Below, piece by piece: positions 7,816 through 17,096 of a DNA stretch of 50,505 nucleotides. The stretch covers positions 1 through 50,505 of IMG/VR virus record IMGVR_UViG_3300049165_000088; one strand, given 5' to 3'. The notes beneath the pieces were generated by a model. It saw only the letters and a program-made list of their open reading frames with translations, made no database searches and was not told where the DNA came from. Position 1 is the stretch's first letter, and every line of letters starts with the position of its first letter. This DNA is from a virus. Its lineage: Duplodnaviria; Caudoviricetes. A program made the translations under genes and the position numbers.

Positions 7816-8066
7816 CGGTTCGTTCCTTTCGTAGTGCCGAGAGCGTCGTCGAGCTGGACGACGCCCATCGAGAAACGGGCCCGGCGCATCAGCTCACGCC
7901 GCTCCCGGATGCACCACCGGCGCCTGAACCCCCACGCCCTCGCGTCGACGTCAGTAGCCAGGCGGTCGAAGTGCAGCCACAGGTCGAGCAGCCGGTCACG
8001 CGCGTCGGGATCGGTCGTCTCGGCGAGCTGCACGGCGAGCCGTGCAAGCACCTGCGGATCGGACAT
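7812..8066 (-). CDS. Hypothetical protein (84 aa)
   Basis: MSDPQVLARLAVQL...; GGAGG RBS; coupled to upstream stop. Confidence 0.6.
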   Translation of the reverse strand: MSDPQVLARLAVQLAETTDPDARDRLLDLWLHFDRLATDVDARAWGFRRRWCIRERRELMRRARFSMGVVQLDDALGTTKGTNR

Positions 8067-8644
8067 CACGCAGCCTCCCTTCTGGCAGTCGGCACGTAGG
8101 TGTCGAGCGGCGGCAGGTCGATCAGGTCCCGGGACCGGTCGAGCCGGACCGGGGCCCGGGTGGCGGGCCGGCTGTACTCGCCGTAGATCCGGGGGGCGTC
8201 GTCGTAGAACTCGGCTTCGGCTTCCTCGATGAGCGCGTCGAGGTCTTCCTCGTTGTAGGTGTCGAGGTCGGGGCCGAACGTGAACTCGCCGAGTTCGAGG
8301 GCGAGCTGCCCGGCGGCCTCGATCGCCGCGCGGCGGGTCGCGGCGGCGGTCTGCGCGTGATGCTCGCGGTCGTAGTGCAGGTGGCAGCCCTGGCACATGG
8401 CGCGCAAGTTCTGCTCGTCGCAGTTCTCGGGCGTGTGGTCGAGGTGCGCCACGGTGAGCACCACCTTCGAGCCGGTGCCGTACGCCTCGCCGCCGTTCAC
8501 GTTGGGGCACCGGCCGGTGTGCGTGCCGCGCCCGCACTCGCCCCGGCACTCGCAGCGGCCCGCGGCCCGGACGGTACGGATGCGGGCACTGATGGCTTTC
8601 CAGTTGGCCGGGTAGCGGTGCCGGTTCTCGGGCCGGATCGGCAT
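8066..8644 (-). CDS. HNH-like endonuclease with acidic tail
   Basis: MPIRPENRHRYPANW...CEC...VVLTVAHLDHTPENCDEQNLRAMCQGCHLHYD. Confidence 0.8.
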   Translation of the reverse strand: MPIRPENRHRYPANWKAISARIRTVRAAGRCECRGECGRGTHTGRCPNVNGGEAYGTGSKVVLTVAHLDHTPENCDEQNLRAMCQGCHLHYDREHHAQTAAATRRAAIEAAGQLALELGEFTFGPDLDTYNEEDLDALIEEAEAEFYDDAPRIYGEYSRPATRAPVRLDRSRDLIDLPPLDTYVPTARREAA

Positions 8645-9222
8645 CAGCCGGCCTCCGATCGCTGCGCGGGCAGCCACCGGACGACCGCGGCGAGGACGGC
8701 GTCGACTCGGGCGTCATGCCGCGAGACGCCACACGGGCAGGCGGTCTTGCGGCCGCAGCGTGGGCACGGCGGGTCTGTGAACATGGCTCGGTCGACGGCG
8801 CGACGCAGCGCGATCGGCTGCTCGTCGGCGGGGACGGGGATCGCGGCGCCGGTCTCGTCGTCGAGCCACTCGATCACGGTCGCCCCGCCGTGTCCGTGGA
8901 TGAGTTCGACTGACGCCTGTCCGCGGTCCCATACGACGGTGGACGGGTGCTCGCCGCGCCACCGGACAGCGGCGGTTCCGTCGGGCCACAGGGTGCCGTC
9001 GGCGACGTCGCCGGTCCCGGAGACGCCGGATACGTCGGTGCGGCGGCGCAGGACGAATCGGCGGGGCCGTAGGTCCTGGTCGGGGTGGACGACGGTGCGG
9101 CCGGTGAGTTCGCGGGTGACGTCGTCGAGCAGCTGCTGCGCGCCGGGGCGGCCGGCGAACACGTCGTGCAGGATCATGCGCAGGTTATCGACGGCGCTTT
9201 CGGGGGTGCGCAGTACGGTCAT
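8644..9222 (-). CDS. Hypothetical actinophage protein (192 aa)
   Basis: FVLRRRTDVSGVSGTGDVADG...IHGHGG motif; C-terminal CPRC. Confidence 0.75.
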   Translation of the reverse strand: MTVLRTPESAVDNLRMILHDVFAGRPGAQQLLDDVTRELTGRTVVHPDQDLRPRRFVLRRRTDVSGVSGTGDVADGTLWPDGTAAVRWRGEHPSTVVWDRGQASVELIHGHGGATVIEWLDDETGAAIPVPADEQPIALRRAVDRAMFTDPPCPRCGRKTACPCGVSRHDARVDAVLAAVVRWLPAQRSEAG

Positions 9223-9527
9223 CGCGGCTCTCCTGAAACGGGGTTGATACGGACGGCAGGGCTGCGCGGTGGCGGCGGGTCGTGGCGGTGGCGGAATTCC
9301 TGCACCATCTGCCGGGGGCGGATGACGAGCAGCCCGAGGATTTCGACGGCGAACACGGCCTGCGCGGCGAACCAGCCGGGGCGGCGACGTGCTGGACCGT
9401 GCCGCAGATCGCGGTTCCTGCGGTGCACCTGGTCCCAGGCCCAGTTGTCGATCCGTTGCAGGGGCCGGTAGCAGGCGGCGGCGTAGCCGACCGTGAACGC
9501 GATCACGGCGACGAGGGCGACGGTCAT
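9219..9527 (-). CDS. Small membrane protein (102 aa)
   Basis: MTVALVAVIAFTVGYAAAC; ATGA overlaps. Confidence 0.65.
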   Translation of the reverse strand: MTVALVAVIAFTVGYAAACYRPLQRIDNWAWDQVHRRNRDLRHGPARRRPGWFAAQAVFAVEILGLLVIRPRQMVQEFRHRHDPPPPRSPAVRINPVSGEPR

Positions 9528-9697
9528 CGGCGGTTGCCTTTCCGGAGGGCGCGGGCGGCCGCGCGGCGGGTCGCTCGGTTCGGGGCGGGTGCGGGGTCGG
9601 GGGCGTCGTCGTCGACGACCTGCTCGACGGTGTTGGTCACCTGTACGCGGGGTTCGCGGGCGTGCCACCCGTGCGGCAGCCGGCTCGGGCCGGTCAT
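9524..9697 (-). CDS. Hypothetical protein (57 aa)
   Basis: MTGPSRLPHGW...PNRATRRAAAR; ATGA overlaps. Confidence 0.6.
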   Translation of the reverse strand: MTGPSRLPHGWHAREPRVQVTNTVEQVVDDDAPDPAPAPNRATRRAAARALRKGNRR

Positions 9698-9879
9698 CGG
9701 CGTTCGTCCTTCCTGGGGCGGGGGCGGTACAGCTCGGCGAGCAGCTCGGCGCGGTGCCGTGCCGCCACCGCTTCCGAGGTCCGGACCGGCTTCCTTCGGT
9801 CCCTGCGGCGCGGCCGGGCACCGCCGAACGTGCCGTCGGGGAACTGCTCGGCGGTCAACGGGTCGAGGTAGAGGCGCAT
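9694..9879 (-). CDS. Hypothetical protein (61 aa)
   Basis: ORF track; translational coupling on both sides. Confidence 0.55.
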   Translation of the reverse strand: MRLYLDPLTAEQFPDGTFGGARPRRRDRRKPVRTSEAVAARHRAELLAELYRPRPRKDERR

Positions 9880-10151
9880 CAGGCGTCACCGCCGTCGAAC
9901 GGCAGCGGCTCGCACGCCGCCTCGACCGCCAGCCGGTCCATGACCGCGGCCTGCTCGACGACCACGCACGGCGGGCAGAAATGCCGGGCACCGCCGACCG
10001 CGACCCAGCCGGCCCGGCACATCTCGGCGGCCAGACTGTCGGCGCCCTCGGTGGTGTCGAGCAGCAGCACCTCGGCGTCGTCCTCGTCACCGAACGAGCA
10101 GCCGCACCGGTTGCACTCGACCGCCCACACCGTGCGCGCCGTGAACGTCAT
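9879..10151 (-). CDS. Small Zn-binding protein (90 aa)
   Basis: VECNRCG...GW...HFCPPC. Confidence 0.7.
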   Translation of the reverse strand: MTFTARTVWAVECNRCGCSFGDEDDAEVLLLDTTEGADSLAAEMCRAGWVAVGGARHFCPPCVVVEQAAVMDRLAVEAACEPLPFDGGDA

Positions 10152-10642
10152 GACGCCACCTGCTCGGCATCGGCATCCGAGCGCAGCCGGCGCAGCAACT
10201 CACGCGCCTGCCGGTACTCGTCGGTCGGCTCGCCCGCACTGGACGGCGCCGCGTCCCCGGCAGTCAGGGCCCGCCACTCGACCGGCTGCTCGCCGCCGGT
10301 ACGCACCGCCTGCCGCTGCGCCCGCAACGCTGCCCGGTAGCCCGGGATGTCGTCGGGGTCGAGGCGCGGGTGCCGGGTCGGCTCGAACGTGCCCGTGTGC
10401 CGGGCGAGCCGGTCGCGGGCCACCTTCCGCCAGCGGGCCGCGATGTCCTTCGGCATGAGTGGCCACGCGGACTCGGCGTAGTGCTCGCCGATCGCCTGCC
10501 CGGCGAACGCGAGCGGCACGTCCCGCAGGACGGCAGCCCAGAGCGTGAGCTGCGCAGCCTGCTCGGTCTCGTCGACCTTCACGACCCGGTCGTCGATGAG
10601 CGAGATCTGCCCGAGCAGTTCGAGGGTTTCGTCGACATTCAC
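10148..10642 (-). CDS. Helicase loader/inhibitor (G39P-like) replication protein
   Basis: ETLELLGQISLIDDR...WAAVLRDVP...AIGEHY...MPKDI; directly downstream of the initiator-like gene. Confidence 0.6.
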   Translation of the reverse strand: MNVDETLELLGQISLIDDRVVKVDETEQAAQLTLWAAVLRDVPLAFAGQAIGEHYAESAWPLMPKDIAARWRKVARDRLARHTGTFEPTRHPRLDPDDIPGYRAALRAQRQAVRTGGEQPVEWRALTAGDAAPSSAGEPTDEYRQARELLRRLRSDADAEQVAS

Positions 10643-11391
10643 GCGGTGCCTCCCCGCATCTGTTCGCGCAGCCGGTCGAGGCCGGCGCGCTGCTGCTGTC
10701 CTTTGGTCATGGGCTGCTGTCCGAACGGGGGCCGGACGACCACCCCGCCGCCGGACGGTTCGGGGTCGGTGCGTTCGTTCTCGGCCCACTGCTGCCACCG
10801 GCCGCCCCATGACAGGGCGGTGCGCTGCTCGTCGCGCATGCGTCGCACGAACTTGCGCGTCACCCGGTCGAGTTCCTCGACGGTCAGGGGCGCCCGGCCG
10901 TCGTCGTCGCGGGCGAGCTGCGCGGCCTGTACGTCGTCGTGGCTCGGCTGCCAGTCGGCCGGGATCGGTCCGGGCTGCGGCTGCTGAGCGCGCCGGGGCG
11001 GCTCGGGGGCTGGCTCGTCGAACCGCATCTGCTCGTTCTGCCGGGCCCGGTATTTCGCCTTCTTGTCCGCCTCACGCTTCCTGCGGGCCAGCACCTCGGC
11101 GCGGGACGGGTTGCCGGACTCGGCATAGTCGTGCATGAAGTAGTCGCCCGGCCGCACGGCGGGGCAGCGGCCGCAGGTGTGGGTCGAGTCGTGCCACAGC
11201 CGGACCTCGACCAACTTGCGGATCTGCGGCGCGGTGCCGTACATGCGGGCGATGTCGCCCGGCACGTGCCCGTCGGTCAGGTGCTGCGCAACGTACGAGC
11301 CGATCCGCGTCCACAGTCCGACGGCGGCGTTCTTAGCGGCCAACATCTTCGGGTGGCTGTGCGCCCCGTCGTCGACGACGAAGAACGGCAT
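10639..11391 (-). CDS. Phage replication initiator-like protein (250 aa)
   Basis: MPFFVVDDGAHSHPK...AVGLWTRIGSY...LTDGHVP N-terminus; PIPADWQP C-terminal domain. Confidence 0.7.
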   Translation of the reverse strand: MPFFVVDDGAHSHPKMLAAKNAAVGLWTRIGSYVAQHLTDGHVPGDIARMYGTAPQIRKLVEVRLWHDSTHTCGRCPAVRPGDYFMHDYAESGNPSRAEVLARRKREADKKAKYRARQNEQMRFDEPAPEPPRRAQQPQPGPIPADWQPSHDDVQAAQLARDDDGRAPLTVEELDRVTRKFVRRMRDEQRTALSWGGRWQQWAENERTDPEPSGGGVVVRPPFGQQPMTKGQQQRAGLDRLREQMRGGTA

Positions 11392-11406
11392 GGTGTCTCC
11401 AGAGGT

Positions 11407-11724
11407 TCAGAGAGAGAGCTGTACGGCGGAAGGGGAGGGAGCCGCGGGGCCGGTGCACTGGTGATCGATCACGTGCTCGCGCTCGCACGGGCTGCTGCGC
11501 CGGCGGCAGTCGGCCCACATCAGCTCGAGCCCGGCCTTCGTGACGCGCGTGCACCAGTCGAGCCGGTTCGGCTCACGCAGCGCGCCGGCCGCCGCCGGGG
11601 TGAGCGGCTCGGCGTCGGCGGTGACGTCGAGCGCCGCACGGCGGCCGACGAGCTGCCGCAGCACGGTCCGGCCACAGCGGCACTTCTGCCGCCGTGCGGC
11701 ACCGGCCCGCGGATCCCTGGTCAT
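11407..11724 (-). CDS. Cys/His-rich hypothetical protein (105 aa)
   Basis: KCRCGR...HVIDHQC; coupled start. Confidence 0.6.
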   Translation of the reverse strand: MTRDPRAGAARRQKCRCGRTVLRQLVGRRAALDVTADAEPLTPAAAGALREPNRLDWCTRVTKAGLELMWADCRRRSSPCEREHVIDHQCTGPAAPSPSAVQLSL

Positions 11725-12167
11725 CAGTGCTGCTCGACCCGCACACCGCGCTGCGATGCGCGCTTCCGCTCCTGCCACGCGTCGTAGTCGGTCTCGGTCG
11801 GCATGTTCCCGAGCGCTTCGGACACCGCCGCTTCGACGTCACGCGACCCGCTGCCGAGCTCGTCGAGCGTGCCGTCCATCTTGCGGCGCCGCATCATCGC
11901 CCGCATGACCTCGGCGATCATCCCGGCCTGCTCGTCGTCCTGAGCGACCTCGGCGATCGTGACCCGCAGCTTCACCTGCGGCGGCTTCTCTTCGCCGTCG
12001 GCGTGCCCGGTGTACGCCTTGCTCGTCAGCTCGACGACCGCGAACACGCTCGTGCCCGGGTACTCGAACAGCCCGCGGCGCTGCGGCTGTGTCGCGGAGC
12101 CCTGCAGTGCGCCGGCCGCGCTGTCGAGCTTCAACTCGACGTCGGCATCTTTGTCCAGCTTCGGCAT
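11724..12167 (-). CDS. Hypothetical protein (147 aa)
   Basis: GAGGAAG RBS; MPKLDKDADVELKLDS. Confidence 0.7.
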   Translation of the reverse strand: MPKLDKDADVELKLDSAAGALQGSATQPQRRGLFEYPGTSVFAVVELTSKAYTGHADGEEKPPQVKLRVTIAEVAQDDEQAGMIAEVMRAMMRRRKMDGTLDELGSGSRDVEAAVSEALGNMPTETDYDAWQERKRASQRGVRVEQH

Positions 12168-12172
12168 GCTGA

Positions 12173-12457
12173 TCACTTCCTCTTTCGCTTCTGCTGCTCT
12201 TGGCGGCGGTCGTTGCGCAGTGCGGCCGCTGCTCGTACATCGGGGTTGGGGCAGTCGTCGCGCATGTGCCGCTCGGCTCGGATCACGAGCGACTCGACGT
12301 CCTCGTAGCCGAACGCGTCCTCGGACGGCGCTCCGCACGAGCAGGCGAAGTCGGCGGCCGCGAGGGTCTTCGCCTTCGCGTGGTCGAGGCGGATCCGCAG
12401 CCCGTACCCGGGGTGCGGGAGTGCGATCGTCGGCCCAGCGCCGACTGCCCCGGTCAT
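12173..12457 (-). CDS. Hypothetical Zn-binding protein (94 aa)
   Basis: FACSCG...HMRDDC; ATGA overlap. Confidence 0.6.
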   Translation of the reverse strand: MTGAVGAGPTIALPHPGYGLRIRLDHAKAKTLAAADFACSCGAPSEDAFGYEDVESLVIRAERHMRDDCPNPDVRAAAALRNDRRQEQQKRKRK

Positions 12458-12882
12458 GCGGCAGGCCCGAAGATCGCCGCGTACGTGGCTTCCGTCCGCT
12501 CCCGGATAACCCGGTCTTCGACGTGCCGCACGCACAGCCGCCGGCCGCAGGTCGGCGTCACCCTTCCTTCGGGCTCCCGGCCGTACTGGATCCGGAACGA
12601 GACCCGGTAAGCGGTCGTCCTCCTACCGCCGTGCCGCAGGATCGGGACGCCGCCAGTGGTGCCGCCGGTCCACAGAAGGTGCCCGTCATCCGTGGGGTGG
12701 GTGCGGCTCCAGAACAGTTCCTCGGGGGTCGCGGCGGCCTTGCGGCCCGGCTTGGCTACCGGAACGCCCAGCACGTCACGCGCAGCTCGTACCGACTTGC
12801 CGTCGACGTGCAGTTGGCGGGCGATGGCGCGGGCGGAGTGTCCGGCCCTGAGTAGCTCGGCGACTTCGGCCCGGACCTTCAT
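12454..12882 (-). CDS. HTH plus degenerate HNH-type protein
   Basis: LLRAGHSARAIARQLHV HTH; FWSRT...HLLWTG...AYRVSF...TCGRRLCVRH. Confidence 0.7.
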   Translation of the reverse strand: MKVRAEVAELLRAGHSARAIARQLHVDGKSVRAARDVLGVPVAKPGRKAAATPEELFWSRTHPTDDGHLLWTGGTTGGVPILRHGGRRTTAYRVSFRIQYGREPEGRVTPTCGRRLCVRHVEDRVIRERTEATYAAIFGPAA

Positions 12883-13547
12883 TGGTCGACTCCCATCACG
12901 ACTCGCACGGGGGTGAGGTTGGGCCACTCGACCTTTGACAGCCGGTCCCGCTGCGCCTGCGGCAGCGAGAACAGCGGCATCCCGTACGCGTCATGGCCGG
13001 CCGCGCGCAGCCACCACGCGTCGCACTGGTCGCCGCCGCTGTCACGGGCGAACTCGGCACCCGCCGCGAGGAACGCGGCCGCCGCCATCTGCCGTTTGTC
13101 GGCGCGACCGTTGTCGCAGGCGTACGCCTTGAGCGTTGCCGGGACGACGTATGCGTACGGCACCCCGGCGTCGAGCAGCTCGCCGAGCACGATCCCGTGA
13201 ACCTTCGCGGTGGTACCGGCGCCCATGGCGTGCCGGGGCAGGTCCTCGACGACGGCGACGTCTGGGCGGTGCTCGACCAGGTCGTCGCGGATGCAGTCGC
13301 GGACGTGCAGCAGACGGCGGTCGCCGTCCTTGTCGCGGGTCTTGATCCGGTACGTGGTGCCGTCGGGCAGCGCGACGCCGGTCGACGTCAGCGACAGGTC
13401 GAGCCCGATGACGCGCAGCCCTTCGGCGGCCCTGGCGACCAGGTCGACGACCGGCGACGGGGAGCCGGCCGGGATGAGGCCGGGGACGGTGGACACCGCG
13501 GCGGGGCGGGTGGTCAGCCCGGCCGCGGTGGTCTGTGCCTCGCTCAT
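12879..13547 (-). CDS. RuvC-like Holliday junction resolvase
   Basis: VIGLDLSLTSTG...VVED...PATLKAYA...ADKRQM...DQCDAWWL. Confidence 0.85.
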   Translation of the reverse strand: MSEAQTTAAGLTTRPAAVSTVPGLIPAGSPSPVVDLVARAAEGLRVIGLDLSLTSTGVALPDGTTYRIKTRDKDGDRRLLHVRDCIRDDLVEHRPDVAVVEDLPRHAMGAGTTAKVHGIVLGELLDAGVPYAYVVPATLKAYACDNGRADKRQMAAAAFLAAGAEFARDSGGDQCDAWWLRAAGHDAYGMPLFSLPQAQRDRLSKVEWPNLTPVRVVMGVDQ

Positions 13548-14020
13548 CGCCCGTCACCCACAGCCGGGGCGATCGGGCCCGTGATCGCGCGGATCACGTC
13601 GAGCGGCTGGATCTCTCCGCCCTCGAAGGTGCTCCGCATCAGCGGCGCGCCGTTCGAGTCGACGCTGCCCGTCCACTGCCAGCGGACCCCGGTGACGTCG
13701 TCCCACGACACCGACAGGTCCCACCGGTGCCCCGTGCCGTCCGTCCACACCTTCGCCGCGGCGTCGAGGCTGCCGTCGCGGGCGACGGTCGGCTCGACGG
13801 GCCGGTCGGCCGGCTCTTCCTCGGCGCGGATCCAGTGGCACGGGAACGGCGGGTGCTGCTCGCGCATGACCGCGGCGAGCCGCTCCAGCCACTCGGCCGA
13901 CAGCGTCGGACACATGCCGTGGTGGGCGACGTGAGCCGAGCCGTCGTCGTTGAAGATCACCACAAGCGGGTGCTCGTTCAGGTCGATCATCCGGATCGCC
14001 AGCTCGTCGATGTCAGACAC
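13544..14020 (-). CDS. Hypothetical protein, phiSA1p31-like C-terminus
   Basis: WDLSVSWDDVTGVRWQWTG...PLM...GPI. Confidence 0.6.
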   Translation of the reverse strand: MSDIDELAIRMIDLNEHPLVVIFNDDGSAHVAHHGMCPTLSAEWLERLAAVMREQHPPFPCHWIRAEEEPADRPVEPTVARDGSLDAAAKVWTDGTGHRWDLSVSWDDVTGVRWQWTGSVDSNGAPLMRSTFEGGEIQPLDVIRAITGPIAPAVGDGR

Positions 14021-14807
14021 TCTCTGCCTCCATGGGGCGCATGGGCCATGAGCCGTCGACGACGGCGGCCGGGTCGGTCTTGCGGAAGTGCTCCTGCAGC
14101 CCGGCCGCCTGCTCGGCGGCGAGCTTCACCTGCAGCTCGTGCAGCTGCGCAAGGTCGAGATCTTTCAGCTCGTGGAAGCGGGGCCGCTTGCTGAAGCGGA
14201 TCGACTCGGGCCAGTCGGAGCGCCGCATGTGGGCGAGCACTCCGATCCGGTACGCCACCCGCGCGGCCATCAGCGCGTCATACGAGCAGCCGTGCGCCTC
14301 GGACTCGTTCCACGGCAGTTCGTAGACCTGCGCGAGCGTGATGAGCTGCCGCGCACCCTGGGTCTCCGACGGGCGCTTGCGGTACGGCGAGCAGTGCGTA
14401 TCGAGCACCCGGGTGTCGATGACGAACGCGGCCTGCTCACCGAGCCGGTCGACGAGCGTCGGCAGCTCGTGCCGCCTGCACTCGCGATCGAGCAGCGTCA
14501 GGTCATACGGCACGTTGTGCCCGACGATGACCGCGCCCTGCCGGACGTCGTCGGCGAGCGCCTGCGCGACCTGGTCGACGACCTCGGCGGCCGGCTTGCC
14601 GTTGGCGCGGGCGTGCTCGGTGGTGATCTTGTGGATTTCTGCGGCGCCTTCGGGGATCTCGATGCCGGGGTCGGCGAGCCACTCGCGGGTGCGCTGCCGC
14701 TCGTCGCCGCCGACGCCGATCACCGCGGCGGTGACGATGCGGTCGTTCTCGACGTCGACCCCAGTCGTTTCGAGGTCGAACGCGCACAGCCTGTTGCGGT
14801 GCCACAT
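14013..14807 (-). CDS. DnaQ-like (DEDDh) 3'-5' exonuclease
   Basis: FDLETTG...IVGHNVPYDLTLL...AHGCSYDA. Confidence 0.9.
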   Translation of the reverse strand: MWHRNRLCAFDLETTGVDVENDRIVTAAVIGVGGDERQRTREWLADPGIEIPEGAAEIHKITTEHARANGKPAAEVVDQVAQALADDVRQGAVIVGHNVPYDLTLLDRECRRHELPTLVDRLGEQAAFVIDTRVLDTHCSPYRKRPSETQGARQLITLAQVYELPWNESEAHGCSYDALMAARVAYRIGVLAHMRRSDWPESIRFSKRPRFHELKDLDLAQLHELQVKLAAEQAAGLQEHFRKTDPAAVVDGSWPMRPMEAESV

Positions 14808-15172
14808 CAGCAACCACCGCCCCGGACCTTCGCCTTACGGGCGCTGTAGTAGGCACGCGCTCGGGGGTTCTGCCACGCGTAGTAGGCAACTCGACACCGG
14901 TCACACGGTGACTCCCCGCGATACCAGTGCTGCCGCGCCCCCTTGGGTGTGCCGTGCTCGATTGGGGGCAGCGTCGCCGGGTCCTTCGGCGCCGCGTACC
15001 GCTTGCGCTTGTACTGGCGGTTCGCCTCACGGCATGGCTCGCACGGATCCTCGCCGAAGTACAGGTGCGAGTTGTAGCCCGAGTAGGTACCGCACTGCGC
15101 CTCGTCGTTGTACCGCCGGGTCGACGGCGACATGCCGAGCGAGATCAGCACCTCGTCATAGGTCGCGGTCAC
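14807..15172 (-). CDS. Protein with duplicated (C/H)GT...H...PCxxC Zn motif (121 aa)
   Basis: CGTYSGYNSH...PCEPCREA and HGTPKGARQH...PCDRCRVA. Confidence 0.7.
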   Translation of the reverse strand: MTATYDEVLISLGMSPSTRRYNDEAQCGTYSGYNSHLYFGEDPCEPCREANRQYKRKRYAAPKDPATLPPIEHGTPKGARQHWYRGESPCDRCRVAYYAWQNPRARAYYSARKAKVRGGGC

Positions 15173-16260
15173 CGGCCACCGCCCGGCGTCGCCACGGTCG
15201 GCCACGATGCGGACGGGAACGCGGTCGGCGGCTCGTCGTCGCCCTGGTCGTCGCCGTCCTCGACGAACTCGGCGTCGATGACGCCGTCGTCGTCCGACCC
15301 GGCCTGCTCGTCGTCCTGGTCGCCGAGCTCGCCCGTGCGCGTGTCGACACCCTTCGCGATGTCGTCCGCGATCTGCACGAGCTGCTGCGACAGTTCGTCG
15401 GTCCCCTTCGGGTCGACGTGCCCCGCCCGGTTCGCTCGGTGCCACACCTGCCGGGCGTCGTCGACGGTCTTGCAGAGCCGCGCCTCGGCCACGTAGTCCG
15501 GCACCGCCGCCGGGGCCGCCTCGATCGCCGGGCGGTCCAGCGACGCCGGGTCGAGCGCTGCCGCCGTCGAGATCGGGCCCGACAGGGCGTGCCGCAGCTT
15601 CGGCAGCGAGGGCACCAACATCACGACCTGGAACTGATTGGTCTTCCCGTTCCGGACCGAGGTCCGCTGCTCGATCCACATCCGGACCGGAAGCAGACCC
15701 TTGCCGCCTGTCGCCTGCAGCACGGTGTCGAGACCGCCCGCCATCGCGTCGGCCGCGTAGTAGCTCTTGGTCTCCAGCCGCCACACACCGAGGTCGGGCA
15801 GGTCCGGCAGGAACACACCGACCCGACTGGTCGGCCGGCACACCTCCTCCGGCTTCCGCTCGTGCCAGTCCTCGCCGTACCGGGCCAGGCAGATGCACGG
15901 CTGCCTGCTGATCGACTCGGTCTCGCCGTCGCAGCGCCGCTCGCAGCCGCCGCCGCCCCACTTCTCATTCGACTGGTTCAGCGGGTCGCCCGCCGGGAGG
16001 ATCGCCCGCAGCTCACTCGCCTTGGTGATCACCCGCCACTGCGCGATGCTCGACCGTTGCGGCGTCCACTGCTCAACCGTGCCGCCGTACAGATCGGCGG
16101 CCGCCGCCACGTAGTCCCGCGAGTGGGAAGTGAGTACGAACGTTTTGCTCTTGACGGGGATCGGGCCCCGGTCGGGCTTCGGGTTCGGTCGGCTGTAGCC
16201 GGTGCGGATACGGCCCAACTCGGCCGCCTGCCGCTGCATCGTCTTGATACGGGAGCCCAT
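15169..16260 (-). CDS. Gp3-like (phiC31/phiBT1 RDF family) recombination protein (363 aa)
   Basis: ELGRIRTG...TFVLTS...LYGG...WGGGGCERRCDG...PCIC...CRPTSR...LGVWRLETKS. Confidence 0.7.
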   Translation of the reverse strand: MGSRIKTMQRQAAELGRIRTGYSRPNPKPDRGPIPVKSKTFVLTSHSRDYVAAAADLYGGTVEQWTPQRSSIAQWRVITKASELRAILPAGDPLNQSNEKWGGGGCERRCDGETESISRQPCICLARYGEDWHERKPEEVCRPTSRVGVFLPDLPDLGVWRLETKSYYAADAMAGGLDTVLQATGGKGLLPVRMWIEQRTSVRNGKTNQFQVVMLVPSLPKLRHALSGPISTAAALDPASLDRPAIEAAPAAVPDYVAEARLCKTVDDARQVWHRANRAGHVDPKGTDELSQQLVQIADDIAKGVDTRTGELGDQDDEQAGSDDDGVIDAEFVEDGDDQGDDEPPTAFPSASWPTVATPGGGR

Positions 16261-16262
16261 GA

Positions 16263-17096
16263 TCAGGCTGCCTTTCGTTCGGGAGACCCCGGCGCCCACG
16301 GCGGCAGGATCGAGTCGTAAGAGGCGGGCGCGGTGTGCAGGTACCGGGCCGTGCGCAGCGCCCCCAGGAACGCCCGGAACTGCTCGGGTCCGGACGGCAC
16401 CTCGATCAGCCGGTGGCTGCGGGTCCGCAGGTTCAGCAGCGCCGTGCGCGTCACCTTCGGCGCGGGCTCGTCGGTGTCGTCCGGCAGCAGCAGCACCGGC
16501 GCGTGACGCAGCGCCGCGAGCTGCAGCGGCTGCTCGTCGTAGACCGTCGTCGCCGGCTTCTTCGCCGACGTCTTGTAGTCGATGAGCCACAGCTGCCGCC
16601 GCCCGTGCGGCCCGGTGGGGAGCCACAGCCACAGGTCGCCGGTGCCGGCGTAGCCACGCTGCCGGTTGAGCACGGTCGACTCGACGGCGACGACGTCACG
16701 GTCGAAGTCGACGCGCCACAGCCGGAACCACTTCGCGAGCTGGATCGCGTACGGCTCGACTTCGGGGTCGGCCGGGTACGGCACACCGAGCACGAGCGCC
16801 TGCGCCCGGTTGTGGACGCGGGTGCCGAGGTTCTTCGCGCGGTCGGAGTTGCCCGTCGGCAGGGCGACGAGCTGGCGCCGCAGCGCGGTCGGCTCGGTCC
16901 GGGCCCGGCGGGCGGTGCCGATGGGGTCCGCGATGACGTGGTCGGCGACGAGGCCGGCACCCCACGGCACGAGCGCGAAGGACTTGTTCACGCCTGCGCC
17001 GAGGACGTTCGTCACGCTGATGAGGTCGGGGCCCCCGGCGGGGTCGGCGTAGTACCGACCCCGCTCGGTGTTCCGTGCCCATTTCGGGTCGGTCAC
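16263..17096 (-). CDS. PD-(D/E)XK RecB-like exonuclease
   Basis: SVTNVL...GTRVH...VESTV...YAGTGDL...IDYKTS...LQLAA. Confidence 0.85.
   Translation of the reverse strand: MTDPKWARNTERGRYYADPAGGPDLISVTNVLGAGVNKSFALVPWGAGLVADHVIADPIGTARRARTEPTALRRQLVALPTGNSDRAKNLGTRVHNRAQALVLGVPYPADPEVEPYAIQLAKWFRLWRVDFDRDVVAVESTVLNRQRGYAGTGDLWLWLPTGPHGRRQLWLIDYKTSAKKPATTVYDEQPLQLAALRHAPVLLLPDDTDEPAPKVTRTALLNLRTRSHRLIEVPSGPEQFRAFLGALRTARYLHTAPASYDSILPPWAPGSPERKAA

Noticed and set aside
14338-16320. 660-aa + strand ORF, and similar long ORFs such as 18948..20648, 41746..43713 and 45056..47125
   Set aside because: Antisense shadows of well-supported - strand genes; Arg/Ala/Pro-rich with no motifs, as expected in high-GC DNA.
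16263-17096. Exonuclease as a Cas4 partner for the mini-array
   Set aside because: It lacks the Cas4 Fe-S cysteine cluster, lies in the recombination operon 10 kb away, and no cas1 or cas2 is present.
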